DNA from: Girardia tigrina
Lineage: Eukaryota
DNA length: 59,975 nucleotides
Assembly (NCBI GenBank): GCA_001938485.1
Contig: MQRK01245331.1
Location: 1 to 59,975, forward strand
Reading direction: 5' to 3'
In this document: positions 11,500 through 25,200 of the stretch, piece by piece
Numbering within the stretch: the first letter of the stretch is position 1
How the letters are laid out: each line of letters begins with the position of its first letter
Notes under the pieces: model-generated
The model's database searches: none
What the model was told of the DNA's origin: nothing
Seen by the model: only the letters and a program-made list of their open reading frames with translations
Made by a program: the position numbers and the translations under genes

Positions 11500-11950
11500 C
11501 GTCATATCCGAAATGCAACTTAAAATCAATATATATTATTCGTTTTGAGTCCCTTATCAATTACTATTTCATGTATCTTCGAAAAAATTATTAAAACCAA
11601 ATATTTAATAATAAAGGTACTTTTAAAGATAATTTTACTAGAAAACATATATGTGAATATTAAAAGAATTAAAAATGAAAATTGATATTTAAATTATTGA
11701 TAAAATGAATGATATGATTTCTCCTAAAGATTTAAATCATAAAAAGAAGAACTTCATAATCTTTAATGATTGTATTAATAAAAAAAAATCAGGCAATAAT
11801 TTCATAATATTTTACAAGATAAATACATAAATTCTATCAACGCAAAAAAATTTTTTTTGATAGACAATCAATTAGAGGAAATTCAAATATGTTTATATTT
11901 TTTAAATTACCAAAAGAGAGAGATCATTAATTTATTCTGATTTATTAAGT
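11500..11950 (+). mobile_element. Polinton/Maverick-type packaging ATPase remnant
   Basis: Decayed frames read MISPKDLNHKKKNFIIFNDCI..YFTR..DRQSIRGNSNMFIFFK, resembling the Walker B and downstream motifs (IIFDD, YTRGRH, RQTIRENAN) of Polinton A32-like ATPases. Confidence 0.55.
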
Positions 11951-12639
11951 CATACAATATAAAAGGATGATTTTGCGATCTCTATTTGAATTTGTATAAA
12001 CTAAAAGTTAAATTGGTGCTAACTAAAATATAATTAAGAACTATTACATCATCAGTTATACAAGGGCTCACAGAGTGCAACTGTTTCATGCTCATATGTA
12101 CAATATTTACACTCATACTCGTACCTCGCTAGATCCTACTACTACTCCCTGCACGCTCCGTCTTTAACACACTCTTAAGCGATGACCAAGCCACTCTCCA
12201 TCCTCTCATAGGACATTCGTCGTCAAAGCTCTTCCTCGTGAGCTCCCTACTTCTCGCAAATATATGAATGGTCATTTTTACTTGAATCATTTTTTAAGTG
12301 AACGAATCAGGGTACTGTGGTTAAGAGGATGAATTCCACCGGAGCGTATGAGAAAGATAATAATTGAGTAAGAAGGATCAATTAAAATTAAGGATTAAAA
12401 TCAAATATTAGCAAGGAAAACCAGATAAATAGGATAAGTATTAATAATGAGAATCGAATAAAATATATTAATATGAAAACAAGTAAAATCAAAATCGAAA
12501 TATATATAATAATAATGAAGATTAAATAAAATCAAAATCAAATAAAATACATTAATAACTAAATCAAATAAGCATAACAATCAGAACCGAATAAAACTTA
12601 ATAATAATGAAAATAAAATATAATTAAAAGCAACTCGAC

Positions 12640-13700
12640 ATTCATACCGGCTAAATAAATTCTGGTTCCGTTCGAAAATTGTTTAATAAGTAAATGATAA
12701 AATTGGGTTAGTTCAGAATTAAATAATTTAATAAATTTAATAATGTGTGCTTGTGTGGTGATGATTTTTTTGCATGTAACACGCCGCTATTTATAATGGC
12801 TTGCGTGTATTGTTTGTTCGGTGTCCTCAGGTTCGTATATCGACAGATGTTTATCTACCTTCGATGTCGCACGACGATTACAGATTGAGAGATTAAGTCC
12901 TGATTACAGACAGCGGTTGGTGTTTATGTAACACGAACCTCCGTTATAGAAAGGACAGGATGGTTGTGCATCTATTTTTGTTCGCGATATCTGCATTGCG
13001 GTATCTGGTTCAGCGCCAGAATGGAAGAAGAGGGGAATCATTACGGTAAGGTAATTTTTGATGTCTGTTTATCTGACATCTGTTTACCTGATTATTTTAT
13101 ATTTTAGATAATTAATACATCTGGCCTCCCTATCTTCGCGACTGTACCGGCATTCAAGTGGACTGTGCAGTTCGGGTAAACATTTAATAGAGATATTCTG
13201 ATTTAATTATCTCTCATTCAGGATGACCCGGAATCCACCTCCACAGCTGTCTGGCAATCGGATGATGGTTTGTTTTTAATTAATTTTCTTAATTAATTTA
13301 ACTTTGTTTTTAAATTTTTTAGATCTTTTTGAGGGCTTCTCAGGGTTTTCCGGGACGTTTTATGATTCTTCTCAAGGCTATGGGTGCTTCCTTGTTTATG
13401 ATCTTTGCCTGCATCCCTTTTCCGGTCTCTATTGCCCTCAGGTGAGCTTGTATGGTCTTCTTGGGATTTTTGATTTTAATTAATTTGTTTTTCTCAGCTC
13501 ACGGTTAGTGTCAACCTCTCCGGACCTTAAGCACTATTAGACCTATTCACAGATCCCTTTCGGAATTCACCGCCCTGTTGACGCACGGAAAACATTTAAA
13601 CGCAACCGGGAATAGTCGAGTTTGACTATTCTCGAATTCCACCAAAATTCTGTGCTCACGGGGTGGTGCAATGAATGGAAGGGGTCAAATGTGGGGTTGA
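12640..13700 (-). mobile_element. Decayed non-LTR retrotransposon with possible restriction-like endonuclease (R2/R4/NeSL-type)
   Basis: Minus-strand fragments IRLPDSCGGGF (like the post-RT LPxxxGGLG motif) and PDTAM..SCPFYNG (like the RLE PD..xCPFEN motif). Many disruptions; boundaries are approximate. Confidence 0.4.
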
Positions 13701-14129
13701 AAGTGTCGATCGTAACATATGGTTTGAAATAATTAATATTCCTTTAATTTTTAAGCAAAAAATTATTATGATGGTTAAATTAAATGGTTAATTTAACACC
13801 GATTTTAAATGTGCCTGCATTGTTATTAGGTGGGGCCTTTGTCCAATATTATCATGAATTTTATTTAATTAATTTAAATTATTTTCTAACGAATCTCGAG
13901 GAAAATTAGCGGGGCACCGATATCGAATTAAAAAACATTTAATTATTCATTTAATTTAAATTAATTAAAATCATTTATTAAAAAATTATTAAATTTAACT
14001 AAAAAATTTAAATAAAGGATTTTTTTGAAACAAAAATTAAGAATTATTTAAAAATTATAAAATATTTACAGAAAAAATATGAAGGAAATTGTAATTGATG
14101 ACAAAAATGATTTAGGTAAAACATAAATT

Positions 14130-14720
14130 GTGTGGAATCCATCCAGCCACACTCCTGATATGGAAACAAACTCTCGGGGAGACACTTGTCTGACAACATA
14201 GAAATCTGTCTTTTTCAAGGAATAAGAAATGCAGAAGGCAGAAATGAACAGCAGCGCTCATAGCATACACAATGGTCACATTAGAACCTCGCTCACCACT
14301 TTTATGCAGCCCACTTGTTGTTTACATCACGCAGAGAAGACTTTTGATGGTCAACCTTGAACATTAGTCATCCTCGTCTCATCAAAATTATAAATCCTTG
14401 ATGGTGAAATATTCTCGTGCTCATAATAATTTTTCATGAGACTGAAGAACTCAATAACTTTCTCTTTGTTGAATCAAATAGCACGTGCTACAGACGTTGG
14501 CTCTCGAGTTCTCAATGACAATTCGTGATTGTGTCTACGAAAATGGTCAAGCCAATCCAAACCAGCCATTATTATGTCTGCGTTGAAACAAAGTTCTTCT
14601 AAAAGTATGCTGTTACGTACAGCAAGCTCATATCCAATTTTTCTGACGTCGATAGTTCTTAAGCCATAAAGTCGCCGGTCCTTTTCCATGATATATTGTA
14701 CAAGATGCTGATCCAAAAGA
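14130..14720 (-). mobile_element. pogo/Tigger-like transposase remnant (CENP-B HTH + DDE_1)
   Basis: YGLRTIDVRKIGYELA..AGLDWLDHFRRH..LSLRTREPTSVARAI*FNKEKV..PSRIYNFDET. Confidence 0.8.
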
Positions 14721-14759
14721 CGAACTCATCGTTCTTGAACCAAGTATTTTAACATTTTC

Positions 14760-15200
14760 AAAATTATTAGTGAATAAGTGATAAAAGTCATCATTTGTCA
14801 AATAAAATAGTATTTTGTTGATAATTTCATAAAAATTTTCACTAAAATCCGTGTAGAAATCCTAAAATCGGTGTTATATTAAAATATGTATTTTTATTTT
14901 ATTTAAAATATATTTTTTTAGCAAAATTATTAGTGAATAAGTGATAAAAGTCATCATTTATCAAATAAAATATTATTTTATTGATAATTTCATAAAAATT
15001 TTCACTAAAATCCGAGTAGAAATCCTAAAATCGGTGTTATATTAAAATATGTATTTTAATTTTATTTTATTTAAAATATTTTTTAGCAAAATTATTAGCG
15101 AATAAGTGACAAAAGTCATCATTTATCAAATAAAATAGTATTTTGTTGATAATTTCATAAAAATTTTCACTAAAATCATTTTCACTGTCGAAATAGGTGT
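14760..15200 (-). repeat. About 164-bp tandem repeat (~3 units), reverse-complement relative of the Helitron-like family at 23.4 kb and 48 kb
   Basis: Units starting aaaattattagtgaataagtgataaaagtcatc begin near 14760, 14924 and 15088. Their reverse complement matches atcacttatttactaattattttgctaaaa at about 23763 and 24121. Confidence 0.75.
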
Positions 15201-15454
15201 TATATTATATAAAAAATATTGTTATATAATAATAACAATTTTAAATATAAAAATTTTGTTTAAATGAACTAATTTACATATTTAGAGGTAAGGCGTTTTT
15301 TTAAATTTTAAGTCATTTTTAAAGTCATTTTTCACAGCCCGGGAAGTTTTTTTGGACGATATTCCGTTTTCTTAACGTAAGTGTTATATCTTTTTCTAAA
15401 ATCTAAAAATTATAAATTGTAAATTATAAAAAATTATAAATTATTTCAAATGAA

Positions 15455-15966
15455 TTTGGCGAATTGTCTTATTAGTCGATTTTGCTGGAAAAGGTGTTAA
15501 TATAAACTCCACGTACTATGGTGATCTTATTCAGAAGTACAGACGTGCTCGACGAAAGCCGTGTGGCTATTCACTGGGGCTATTACAAGATAATGCTCCT
15601 ATTCACAAAAGTGCTGAAACAATGTCGAAAAGTTTATTTATGTTGCTGGATCACCTTCCATACAGTCCGGATCTCGCACCAAGTGATTTTTACCTATTTA
15701 GTAAAATGAAGACATTTGAGAGGCCAAAAGTTTGAAAATACTGATAATCTGCGTCAGTGCATGGAGGATTTCTTGAAGGATCAGCCACCAATTTTCTACA
15801 AAAATGCTTTCTTGAAACTTGTTGATCGTTGGAAGAAGTGTGTGGCTCATGAAGGTCTTATGTGGAGAAATAGTACCTTTATATGATTAGTGTTCCTGTG
15901 TTGTAATATGAGGCTCCTGTTATTTTACTTTCTTACTTAGTCCGGGTACTTATTGGGTACACCACG
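15455..15966 (+). mobile_element. mariner 3' remnant
   Basis: LLQDNAPIHKS..HLPYSPDLAPSDFYLF..RWKKCVAHEG..YVEK*, then a 3' TIR (..tattgggtacaccacg) followed by TA. Confidence 0.88.
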
Positions 15967-16239
15967 TATTATACAAAAATATTTTATGAACGATTTTAAA
16001 AATTTTTAATAGTTAATTGTCAGAAAAATTTTATTAACGAATTTTCAATTTTTTAGTAAAAAGATAAAAGAAATCTGTTTAACAAAAATTCAATTTGAAA
16101 TTGTTTATTTCTGTTTAGATAAGTATGTTATTTGTTTTAATATTCTTTTTATTAATTGAAATTCCAAGAATTCTATTTTTAGAGATACCAGCAATTATCT
16201 TTTCCAAATTTTGATTTGTGCAAACAAAGAATATTCAAA

Positions 16240-16259
16240 ATGCCAAGTAAAAAATCGAA
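16240..16259 (+). CDS. ago: Argonaute exon 1 (MPSKKSK)
   Basis: ATG in aaaATG context, donor gtaaag at 16260, 46-bp intron ending ttcag at 16305. Confidence 0.6.
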
Positions 16260-19200
16260 GTAAAGTTGCTTTTTGAATTGTTATATTTTTTAATTTTTAT
16301 TTCAGGAGAAGGAATAACAATAAACAACAAAATTGTGAAATTCCACCGAACACAACGGTATCGGAACCATTAACAACGGAAGATTCGGTCAATATTCCGG
16401 TTAATAGTTTATCAAACCCTGCGAATTCCGATGGAAATATACCAATATTAGTATCTACGAATTCCGATGGAAATACACCAATATTAATATCTACGAATTC
16501 CGATGGAAATACACCAATATTAATATCTACGAATTCCGATGGAAATATACCAATATTAGTATCTACGAATTCCGATGGAAATATACCAATATTAGTATCT
16601 ACGAATTCCGATGGAAATACACCAATATTAGCATCTGCGAATTCCGATGGAAACACAGGGATATTACCCTGTCCGAATTCAGAAGTATCATCTAGAGTGA
16701 GAAATGGTCTATTGCAAGAGGAATCGCCGGTAAGGTTTGATCATTCAAAGATGAGACGTTTATTTGTGCAATTTCTTTCTTTTTATTATTTTCTTAATTA
16801 TAAATAAATGTAAAGATTTTTGGTAACGTTTTTAATACGATTTCTACCAAAGGTATCAAAATACACCTTTTTAAATTTGAACTTGAAATTATTTTCTAAG
16901 TTTAAATACTTTTTTCTCGATTCAAGTTTTGACTTTTCGTAGATTAATTTACTAATAATCGTTTCCACAGTTGTTTGCTTTTAAATACAATAGTGTCAAA
17001 AGAAACCTTTTCTTCGAAATAGGTGTACACACAATTGTGGTGGAAATAGTGTTAATAAAATCATATAAACACCTCTGAAAATATATAGTATTGGATTCTT
17101 ACGAAAAACAAGGCGTTTGTAACCCGTTGAACCCTAAATGCCGATAAACCGGCCAGATTTGGTGAGACATATACCCTAATGGCCGATTTACCGGCCTCCA
17201 TATCTATCGTTATAACCAAGAACTTGCTCGAACATGAACTCAGTTCGATGGTGTCGCTAGGTCAGAATTGATGTTTGCTGATGTGTTAATAATTTTATAT
17301 ACATTCGTAACGTATGTCTCGCCAAATCTGGCCGGTTTATCGGCCTTTAAGGTTCAAAGGGTTAAAGGTATTTTTATATGGAAATGTATGAGTGTTTTAA
17401 TATTTGCTTTATTAAATTGAGTATTGAAATGGATGCAATTAGACAATTATTCAATTTAAATTTTTAATGAAAGTTAATTTGCCAGTTGAAATTTTAAGAA
17501 GAAATGATTTAAACGATTTAGTTAAAGCTTTTGGAGACTGTAGAAGAATAAGTTTTGACAGAAAGAAGGGAAATGACCGTACTGTTGGTAAAATAAGGAA
17601 AAGAATATAGAATTAATAGCTGAACAATTAAATCAAAACAAAAAGTGACTAACTACTTCAAAATCTGCCGAAATGTTTGATATGAATAACAACCTGGATT
17701 ATGAATTTTTTTACAAAAACATTTGGATGGTAATGCATATTTACTAGCTTAATGTAGTGTACGAAAGAGAACGAGTACAGTGCTGCCAAGAGATGCCGTA
17801 GTTACATATAACTACGAAATAGGTGTAAAAACTTTAAACTTTTTCTTGTTCTTACAGATATGAAAGATTTTTTAATGAATTGATGTAGAAATTTTAAGAC
17901 GAGTACACGATGGGTGATACAGGTGTTTATCGATTTACAAAATGAATGTCACATTTTTGAATCTTGTTGCTTTTAATTTCGTAGTTTTGCATAATTTTAA
18001 GATCTGGAATGGAGACAGACAGTAAATTAAGAATATTATTACAATTTAATCAATGACAAAATCGAAAATTTCGACAATTATTTTCTAGATATACAAAGAA
18101 GATTCATGTCAATAGATCAATATAATTGCTGCGAGAAAATACACTCTCAACATTTCACCTGAAACACGCCAATTTCCTGAAAATAAGCATTGTGGTCATT
18201 GTCACTAACTTGTATACTTGCAAGGTGTAAACAACTGCGACAAAATGGTTTTCCCAATAGCTGAAATGTGATCAATTACAATTACCTTTCAGAATGCAGA
18301 TGAAGGTCACGATTTTCTTGCTCAGAAGCTGACCTCATTAACTCCTGATATTATGAACCATGATTCTTATGTATTAATAATACACCTGAGTAGAAGCTTA
18401 AGAAAATTATATCAAATTTTGGATGCTTAAGCAACACTGGGGGATGCATATGCTGTTTCGGAAAATTAAAACTGCTATAAAAGAATCTGATAACTATCAC
18501 CTCATGTGGAATATGGAAATAGACTTGATGCTATAATATCGCATAATCATCTTACCCTTGTTGTAGTTTATATAATTTTGTCTAATTAATAATGTATTGT
18601 AAAAATAATGGTATTGTAATATTGGTAATGTTGGAATATTACAGTCTATTGACTATACAATTTTTACATGTTAAAGTTCACGAGTTTTCAATGATATAAA
18701 AGATAATGCAGTATATCTACTAAATGTTTAATATAGATATCCATGTCTCTATGTATATCCACTATTCCCCTTAGGCTTCACCACTGAACTTGATACTTCA
18801 TTGAGTCTTTATATTCCTTCAGGTAAACGGGAGTCTCATAAATGGGTATTTACAGAGGAAAAGCCACCGAAAATTCTCCGTTCGGCGACATCTCATTGAA
18901 AATATCTCATGCTAACTGTGTTTTGGAACGCAAATGGGGTGGTTAAACTCGAGTTTACCTCTGGAATCATTGACTCTTATTGATACTGAGCTCTACCTAA
19001 TGATGTGAAACTATTGCGACGCAAACTTAGGAAACAAAATCTCTATCTCTAGCATTAAAAGACATCTGTACACATAGCTCACAGAACAATCGATGCTATA
19101 GCCGAAAAAAGGTTAGTGTAGGCCAGCGGCGTAGCCAGGATTGCAGAAGGGGGTGGAAAAAAATTCTTGAAAGATCTAGCAATCTTAAATATAAACTTGG

Positions 19201-22200
19201 TTGCAAAAATAACAAGAATGAAATAATATTTATTTATTTTTATTTCTTTATAATTACATGTCCAGCCGACGCTTTCCTTTGCGGAACTCGTGAATAAAAT
19301 CTTCAAACGATANNNNNNNNNNNNNNNNNNNNNNNNNNNNNNCATTAATCCATTGAGTCTTTCCTCTCCTGTCGTATTTCTGTCATCGGTTTTGAGTTGT
19401 TTCATCTTACTGAATGATCGTTCGATATCAGCAGTCGTTACAGGAATCACATTGTATATTTTCAGTAATGTAAAAACATTCTGGAACAATTGTTGTGGGC
19501 AATTTTTAAGGTGGTCTATTGCTGTTTTTGGCTTCTCGGCTAAATTTTTCAATCTTTTCTGTCACATTTCAACTTCTGCTAAGAACATCTGAAGTGTTCC
19601 GTTTAAATTCGTAATATTTTTTTAACAATTTTTAGGGAATTTTATCAGGGGGGTGGAAATCCACCCAATCACCCCCCCCTGGCTACGCGCCTGGTGTAGG
19701 CTTCTCATTCGCCCAACAACCCTGACGTGGCTCCAAGGGATTATTTTTTGTTTAATACCTTGAAGAAACACCTGTGAGGGTAAAGAATTGAGTCTAAAGA
19801 AGATCTTATGGGTCTAATGCAGAATACTTCGAAGAAAAGGACACCACTTTCATCGAAAATGGCCTGTTTTTTCTTGAAAATCGATGGAGGAAATTCATAG
19901 CAGCAGGAAGGGATTACGTTGAAAAGTGAAGTTTCCAATTTACTTACCTAGTATATTTACTTTAAATACAAAGTTTTATTGTAGTGTGACTTTTATTTCT
20001 ATTCGAGTGTAAGAACTTTTTATCCGCACCACGTAGCAACTTTAAAGTCATCATTGGACTCAAGATTTGTCACTCGCAAAAGCTTCTTCAGATGTCTACA
20101 GAGCCAAAAACCAATAAGTGTCAAATTTGGACTATTTATCAGGTTGTACACCAGTGTTAGTTCTACTGCTTCAATTGTGACGTGTTGCCATACCAAATAA
20201 AATAAACAATAAATATTTTCAATATTATATTTGTTGTCTCTTTAAAGAAAAAGTTTTTAAGTTTACATTTTTATAATAAATTTGTCTTAATTTTTGTTTA
20301 ATTTACAGAACCATTCGATGCCAACATCTGTCAAGGATATTGCCTCCAGTAAACCTAATATCAAGTATATATATATGTATATACGGTTGCTTTGATTTTT
20401 CAATAAAAGCATAAAATCCTATCATCGACAAATAAATTTTGTACTAGTTTCATTAATTACATTTTTCTTTTAATAATCTTTAGGGTTTCTCTCCCGGAAT
20501 CTTTCGATTCAGATTTCTAAGAAAAATAAAGTTGATACAAGTATAAGACAATATTAAAAGTCTACATTTTTTGAAGCTACTGGAACATTAACGAAACTTT
20601 TGAAACTGTTCTTTCTTGCATTGAACTAATCTCAGTGGAAAGTGAAAGATTATTTTCTAAGGTACCCAGAAAAATGCGCGCCAAAAAATGCGAGTACTGA
20701 CCAATGTGCGAGCGACAAATGCACTAAAAGGGGATTGCATACATGTTTTTGAAAATGTATTATTAATTCGTTAATGTTAAAAAATATATTTGAAATATTT
20801 AATGTCAATATTAATTTAATATAATGAAGCAAAAGATTAAAAAACCCAAATTTATTATCAATTAAACAATTATCGAAAAGAGACAATCTAAATGTCAATA
20901 TTAAGAGCTATATGTTTAGCAATAACGAATTAATAATATAAAATTTTCAAAAGCATGTATGCAATTCCCTTTTAGCGCATTTTGTTACCAAAATTAGGAT
21001 ACGACTCAATAGTATTACGATTAATGCGTCATTTTGTCTCACAATATCTGAGGACAGATACACATTAACTGTTGTTAGCATTGAAGGGAGCTATTTTGTA
21101 AACCTTATAGAGCAATTTGTAAGTTCAAGATAAACATCTCCTTAATCTAAATTATCCTTCCTCTTTTCTATTTCTTAGATCAGTTTAAAAATACTGAATT
21201 CTGATTGCTCGAATAAAAAACTCGGTGTTTTTCCTATAGTATATCAATTCTTTTTCAAAAGCGTTAATATTTTGTGTAAATCTACATTGGATCTAGTCTA
21301 AAATAAAAAAAAGCACAAAACAATCGGGCAAATGCAGTGTCTATGATAGATTTTCACAGATTTTTACCCAAAACCTCATTTAGCTCCCTTTTGACTAAAA
21401 ATGTTTTTAAATGCGTTTTTTATTCGTGTATATTGATGAGATCTATCCAAAAATAAATAGTTTGTGGAATCTTATTTAAGTGTAGTGTCCAAGAACGGTG
21501 CCTTAAACATACACATACATATACTGACATGACGAGTACAATAGCACCATTTCTTCACTACGTTAGAAAATGCGCTAAAAATAAAAAAGAAAATAAATCT
21601 AAGAGATATTTGGTGGATATAAATAAAAAAATTAAAGATAAGATACATTAAATATCATAAAAGAATTTAGTAAATCTTTTGAAAGTCTGATTGAAACAAG
21701 AATACAGAATCTTCATAACCGGAACTGTCTGGCATCTCGGTAGTAGTAGACATGTGGGGTTATTGCCCGGTAGACTTTCTGTTGAACTGAATCGCGACCT
21801 CTTAACCTAGAATAATTAAAGAAAGAGACCGATTAGATAATTTATTGTTCATTTAGAACTTTCTTTTCTTTTTATCTTAGTTTAATTGTTTATCCGTAAT
21901 ATAATTTTATTACAAATTCGATTTTTGCTGTTTTTATCTTATTTTAATACGAGGAAATTCATAATTCATAAAGGAACTCTTGATTTCATTATTTAGTTAT
22001 AAATATTTTGCAACTTAAACCCCTGCATACTTTTCAATATGTAAATAAATAACGTAAAAACATTATATAAATTAGAAACAAAGGTGAAAACAGAGTCTCA
22101 TCACATCCTTTATTCACTACTTGATAACCAAAACAAGTCCGAATGATATTTGATTAAAGTTTTTACATAGTAAACAAATAAAATTTTTCAAGTTTAATAA

Positions 22201-25200
22201 AATTGGAAAATTATACATGACAAATATAATTTAACAATAAATATTTTCATTAAATTATTTTCAACATTTTTAAATTTAATAATTTTGAAAAATTGAAAAA
22301 TATTTATTAAAAATATTGAAAATATTATAATAATTTCAAGGTTAGTTTCAAATAACTCTATAACCCCAACGATGCAAATGAAATTCCTGCCAAAGAGACC
22401 GGATAATGGAGGGAAAATAGGATCCGTAATTCCGTTAACAATTAATTGTTTGAATATTATTATCAATCCGATGAAAGTTTACAAATACGACGTGGAATTG
22501 ACAAAGGCCGAAATTCAGTTGACAGAGGGCAAGAGGATTATAACTCCAAAGATAAAGAGAAAGGAAATTTTTAAAGATGTTTTGGCCAAATATTTTGCTG
22601 GCAGAGAGTAATTTACCTTTCTAGTTGTTATTAAAATATAGTAATTTATATGCATGTTTAATAAACATTGTTTATCTTTTTATCTATCTCTTGCTATAAT
22701 TCTATATATCTTTCTATCTATAAATCTATATCTGTGTCTCTCAGATAACGCATAAATTTCAACGTTATTTATTTTCAAAAATAATATATTTGTATTGCGG
22801 TACAAATATTTTAAACGTCTTTGTAGACTCAGAACATTGAAGATTTGGTTAATTGATTATTTTCTTAATTTTCTACTAAAATTTCCTATTAAAAACAATC
22901 ATAAACTAAAAAAACGTGAATTTGTTTATGACTTCATTCGTAACATGATCTGACACTCAATAAAGGACAAGCAAAATAATCTTGTGTAATACCAACTTCA
23001 ACTTATAGTTATTACGATTAAATTACAGTTATTTTGTCGTATTTGAATATCTTTAATAATATAATAATAATAGAATAGAATATATTTAATAATATCTTTA
23101 ATAAGGAAAATAAATATCCATTTGTTTTAATCGGTGGATCCGTCGAACGGGATTTTTATTTAAAAATAAATTTGTGTCACTTGTCTTAACTGTTTTGATT
23201 TAGACAACAAATATTTTTACATTTTAAATTGATAAAATAATTTAATGATCTTAAAGATGGAATAAAACGAATTTCTTCCATATGCAAAAATGCGAAAAGG
23301 AATTGATCCAGAGTTGCGGAAGTTGTTATTTTGAATAAACGTCTTATGTTAATAACGATTTCACTTACCAGAATAATTTATTAAATTATTACTATATAGT
23401 AATGCATATATATATATATATATATATANNNNNNNNNNNNNNNNNNNNNNNNNNTATAATATTTTTCTAGAAAGTTTGTTTGTTTGTCGGTCACGCTTTT
23501 GAATGTGATATTACGGACGAACTAGAGTGAATTCATTTAAGGACGGGATCAATCTGGATAGCCCGCATCAATACAATTTTATGCATGTAGCGCTTTTGCC
23601 GAAAACGCCCGGAAGCCGATGAAATCGATCGAAAACCGTACAAGCCGTTAAATGGTTAAATAAACACTAATTTTGAATAATGACAATTTTGATGATTCCT
23701 ACACGGAGTTTCGTGCATTTTTTTTATGAAAATATTAATTTATTTGATGAATGGCGATTTATATCACTTATTTACTAATTATTTTGCTAAAAATCGATTT
23801 TGTAGAAATTACAAATTTTCGTTATTAAGAAATAATATCAACAAATAAAATGCGAAATTGCGGAGTAACTGGAGTGAATCCATTTAAGGACATAGTCAAT
23901 CTGCATAACCCGCATCAATACAATTCTGTCGGCACAGCGGCTTTGCCGAAAGACTCCTAGAAAGCAATGAAATCGATCGAAAACCGTACAAGTCATTTAA
24001 TGGTTAAATTAACACCGATTTCGAATAATGACGATTTGGATGATTCCTACACGGAATTTCGTGAAAATTTTTATGAAAATACTAATTGTATACTAATTTA
24101 ATTGACGATTGGCGATTTCTATCACTTATTTACTAATTATATTTCTAAAAATCAGTTTAGGTTAAAATTTCCAAAATTTCGTTATCATCTGAATCACGGT
24201 TTGTCAGTCAAGCTCAAAGTTTACTATGATCATATATATGCTGATAAAATGCGAAATAGTGGAGGAACAGTGAGTGAATCCATGTAAAGTTGAGATAGCT
24301 CTGCATCGAGACTGTTCTGTCTGTAGAGTGCCTTACCGAAAGGCGCCGGGAGCCGATTTAAATGACTGACTGTTAAATCAACACAGAATTCGAAACAATT
24401 AATAATAAATTATAATAATTACGATTTAAAAATTAAAACAGAAACTTTCAAATTCGAAAATTCAGCTCACCCGTCATATATGACTGGTCTTTTTCTAGTA
24501 ATAAATGTTATTGAATATTTAGGAAATTTGTTCTAATAATCATTATTAAAAGTTCAGAAATAACACTAATTAGAATCATGACGAATTGTGAAAGATCTTC
24601 CGAGAGTTATGAGGATTCATAATGTGATATTAATAAATGTTTGCATAATAATTGCATCGGTGTTCTTAATAATTAATACTTAACTTTATAACTATTCATA
24701 ACCCTGTACAATTATGAAGCAAATTCTTTGAGAATTACTGACATCAGTCATTTCTTGTTTTTTTAATTAAATTTAAATATTATTATTGTTCAACTAAAGT
24801 GTCTATGTTAAATCACAATCCTCTGTTAATTAAAACAAAATAATTTAATTTACAGACATTATTTAAATTTTATGAAATAGTTTTCCGAATATATGATGAA
24901 CTATTTCAATAAATTTAATTGAATTTTAGTTTAATTTGTTAGGTTTCGAAAAATACATATAAACACTTTTGACGAAATTTTATGTAGGAAAAATTTAAAA
25001 TAATTCTTTTGATAAAATTATGCATTTCAAACAAAATAATATTTAGTTTATCAAAATTTGGAATTGAAGATTAAAAATATTTTAGTCTTTGTTTTTTTTG
25101 ATCAATTTTCAAGGTTAGAAAAAGCTAGTATATAAACAACAACGAATTCAGTCATAATGGACACAAATAATTTCCTGCAACAAATTTTTTAAGAAGAATC

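Noticed and set aside
16297-16656. Minus-strand repeat ORF ([12 protein letters not shown])n
   Set aside because: Antisense shadow of the 36-bp repeat; the + frame has splice sites and joins ago.
16421-16672. 36-bp repeats as a CRISPR array
   Set aside because: The units are head-to-tail with no unique spacers, there are no cas genes, and the context is eukaryotic.
17400-18540. Decayed coding-like sequence in ago intron 2
   Set aside because: Many stops and no motif I can assign with confidence.
20484-20540. Possible extra 57-nt ago cassette exon (tttag..gtataa)
   Set aside because: It contains TAA in the ago frame and is not needed for phase continuity. It could only be a poison exon, and nothing here supports that.
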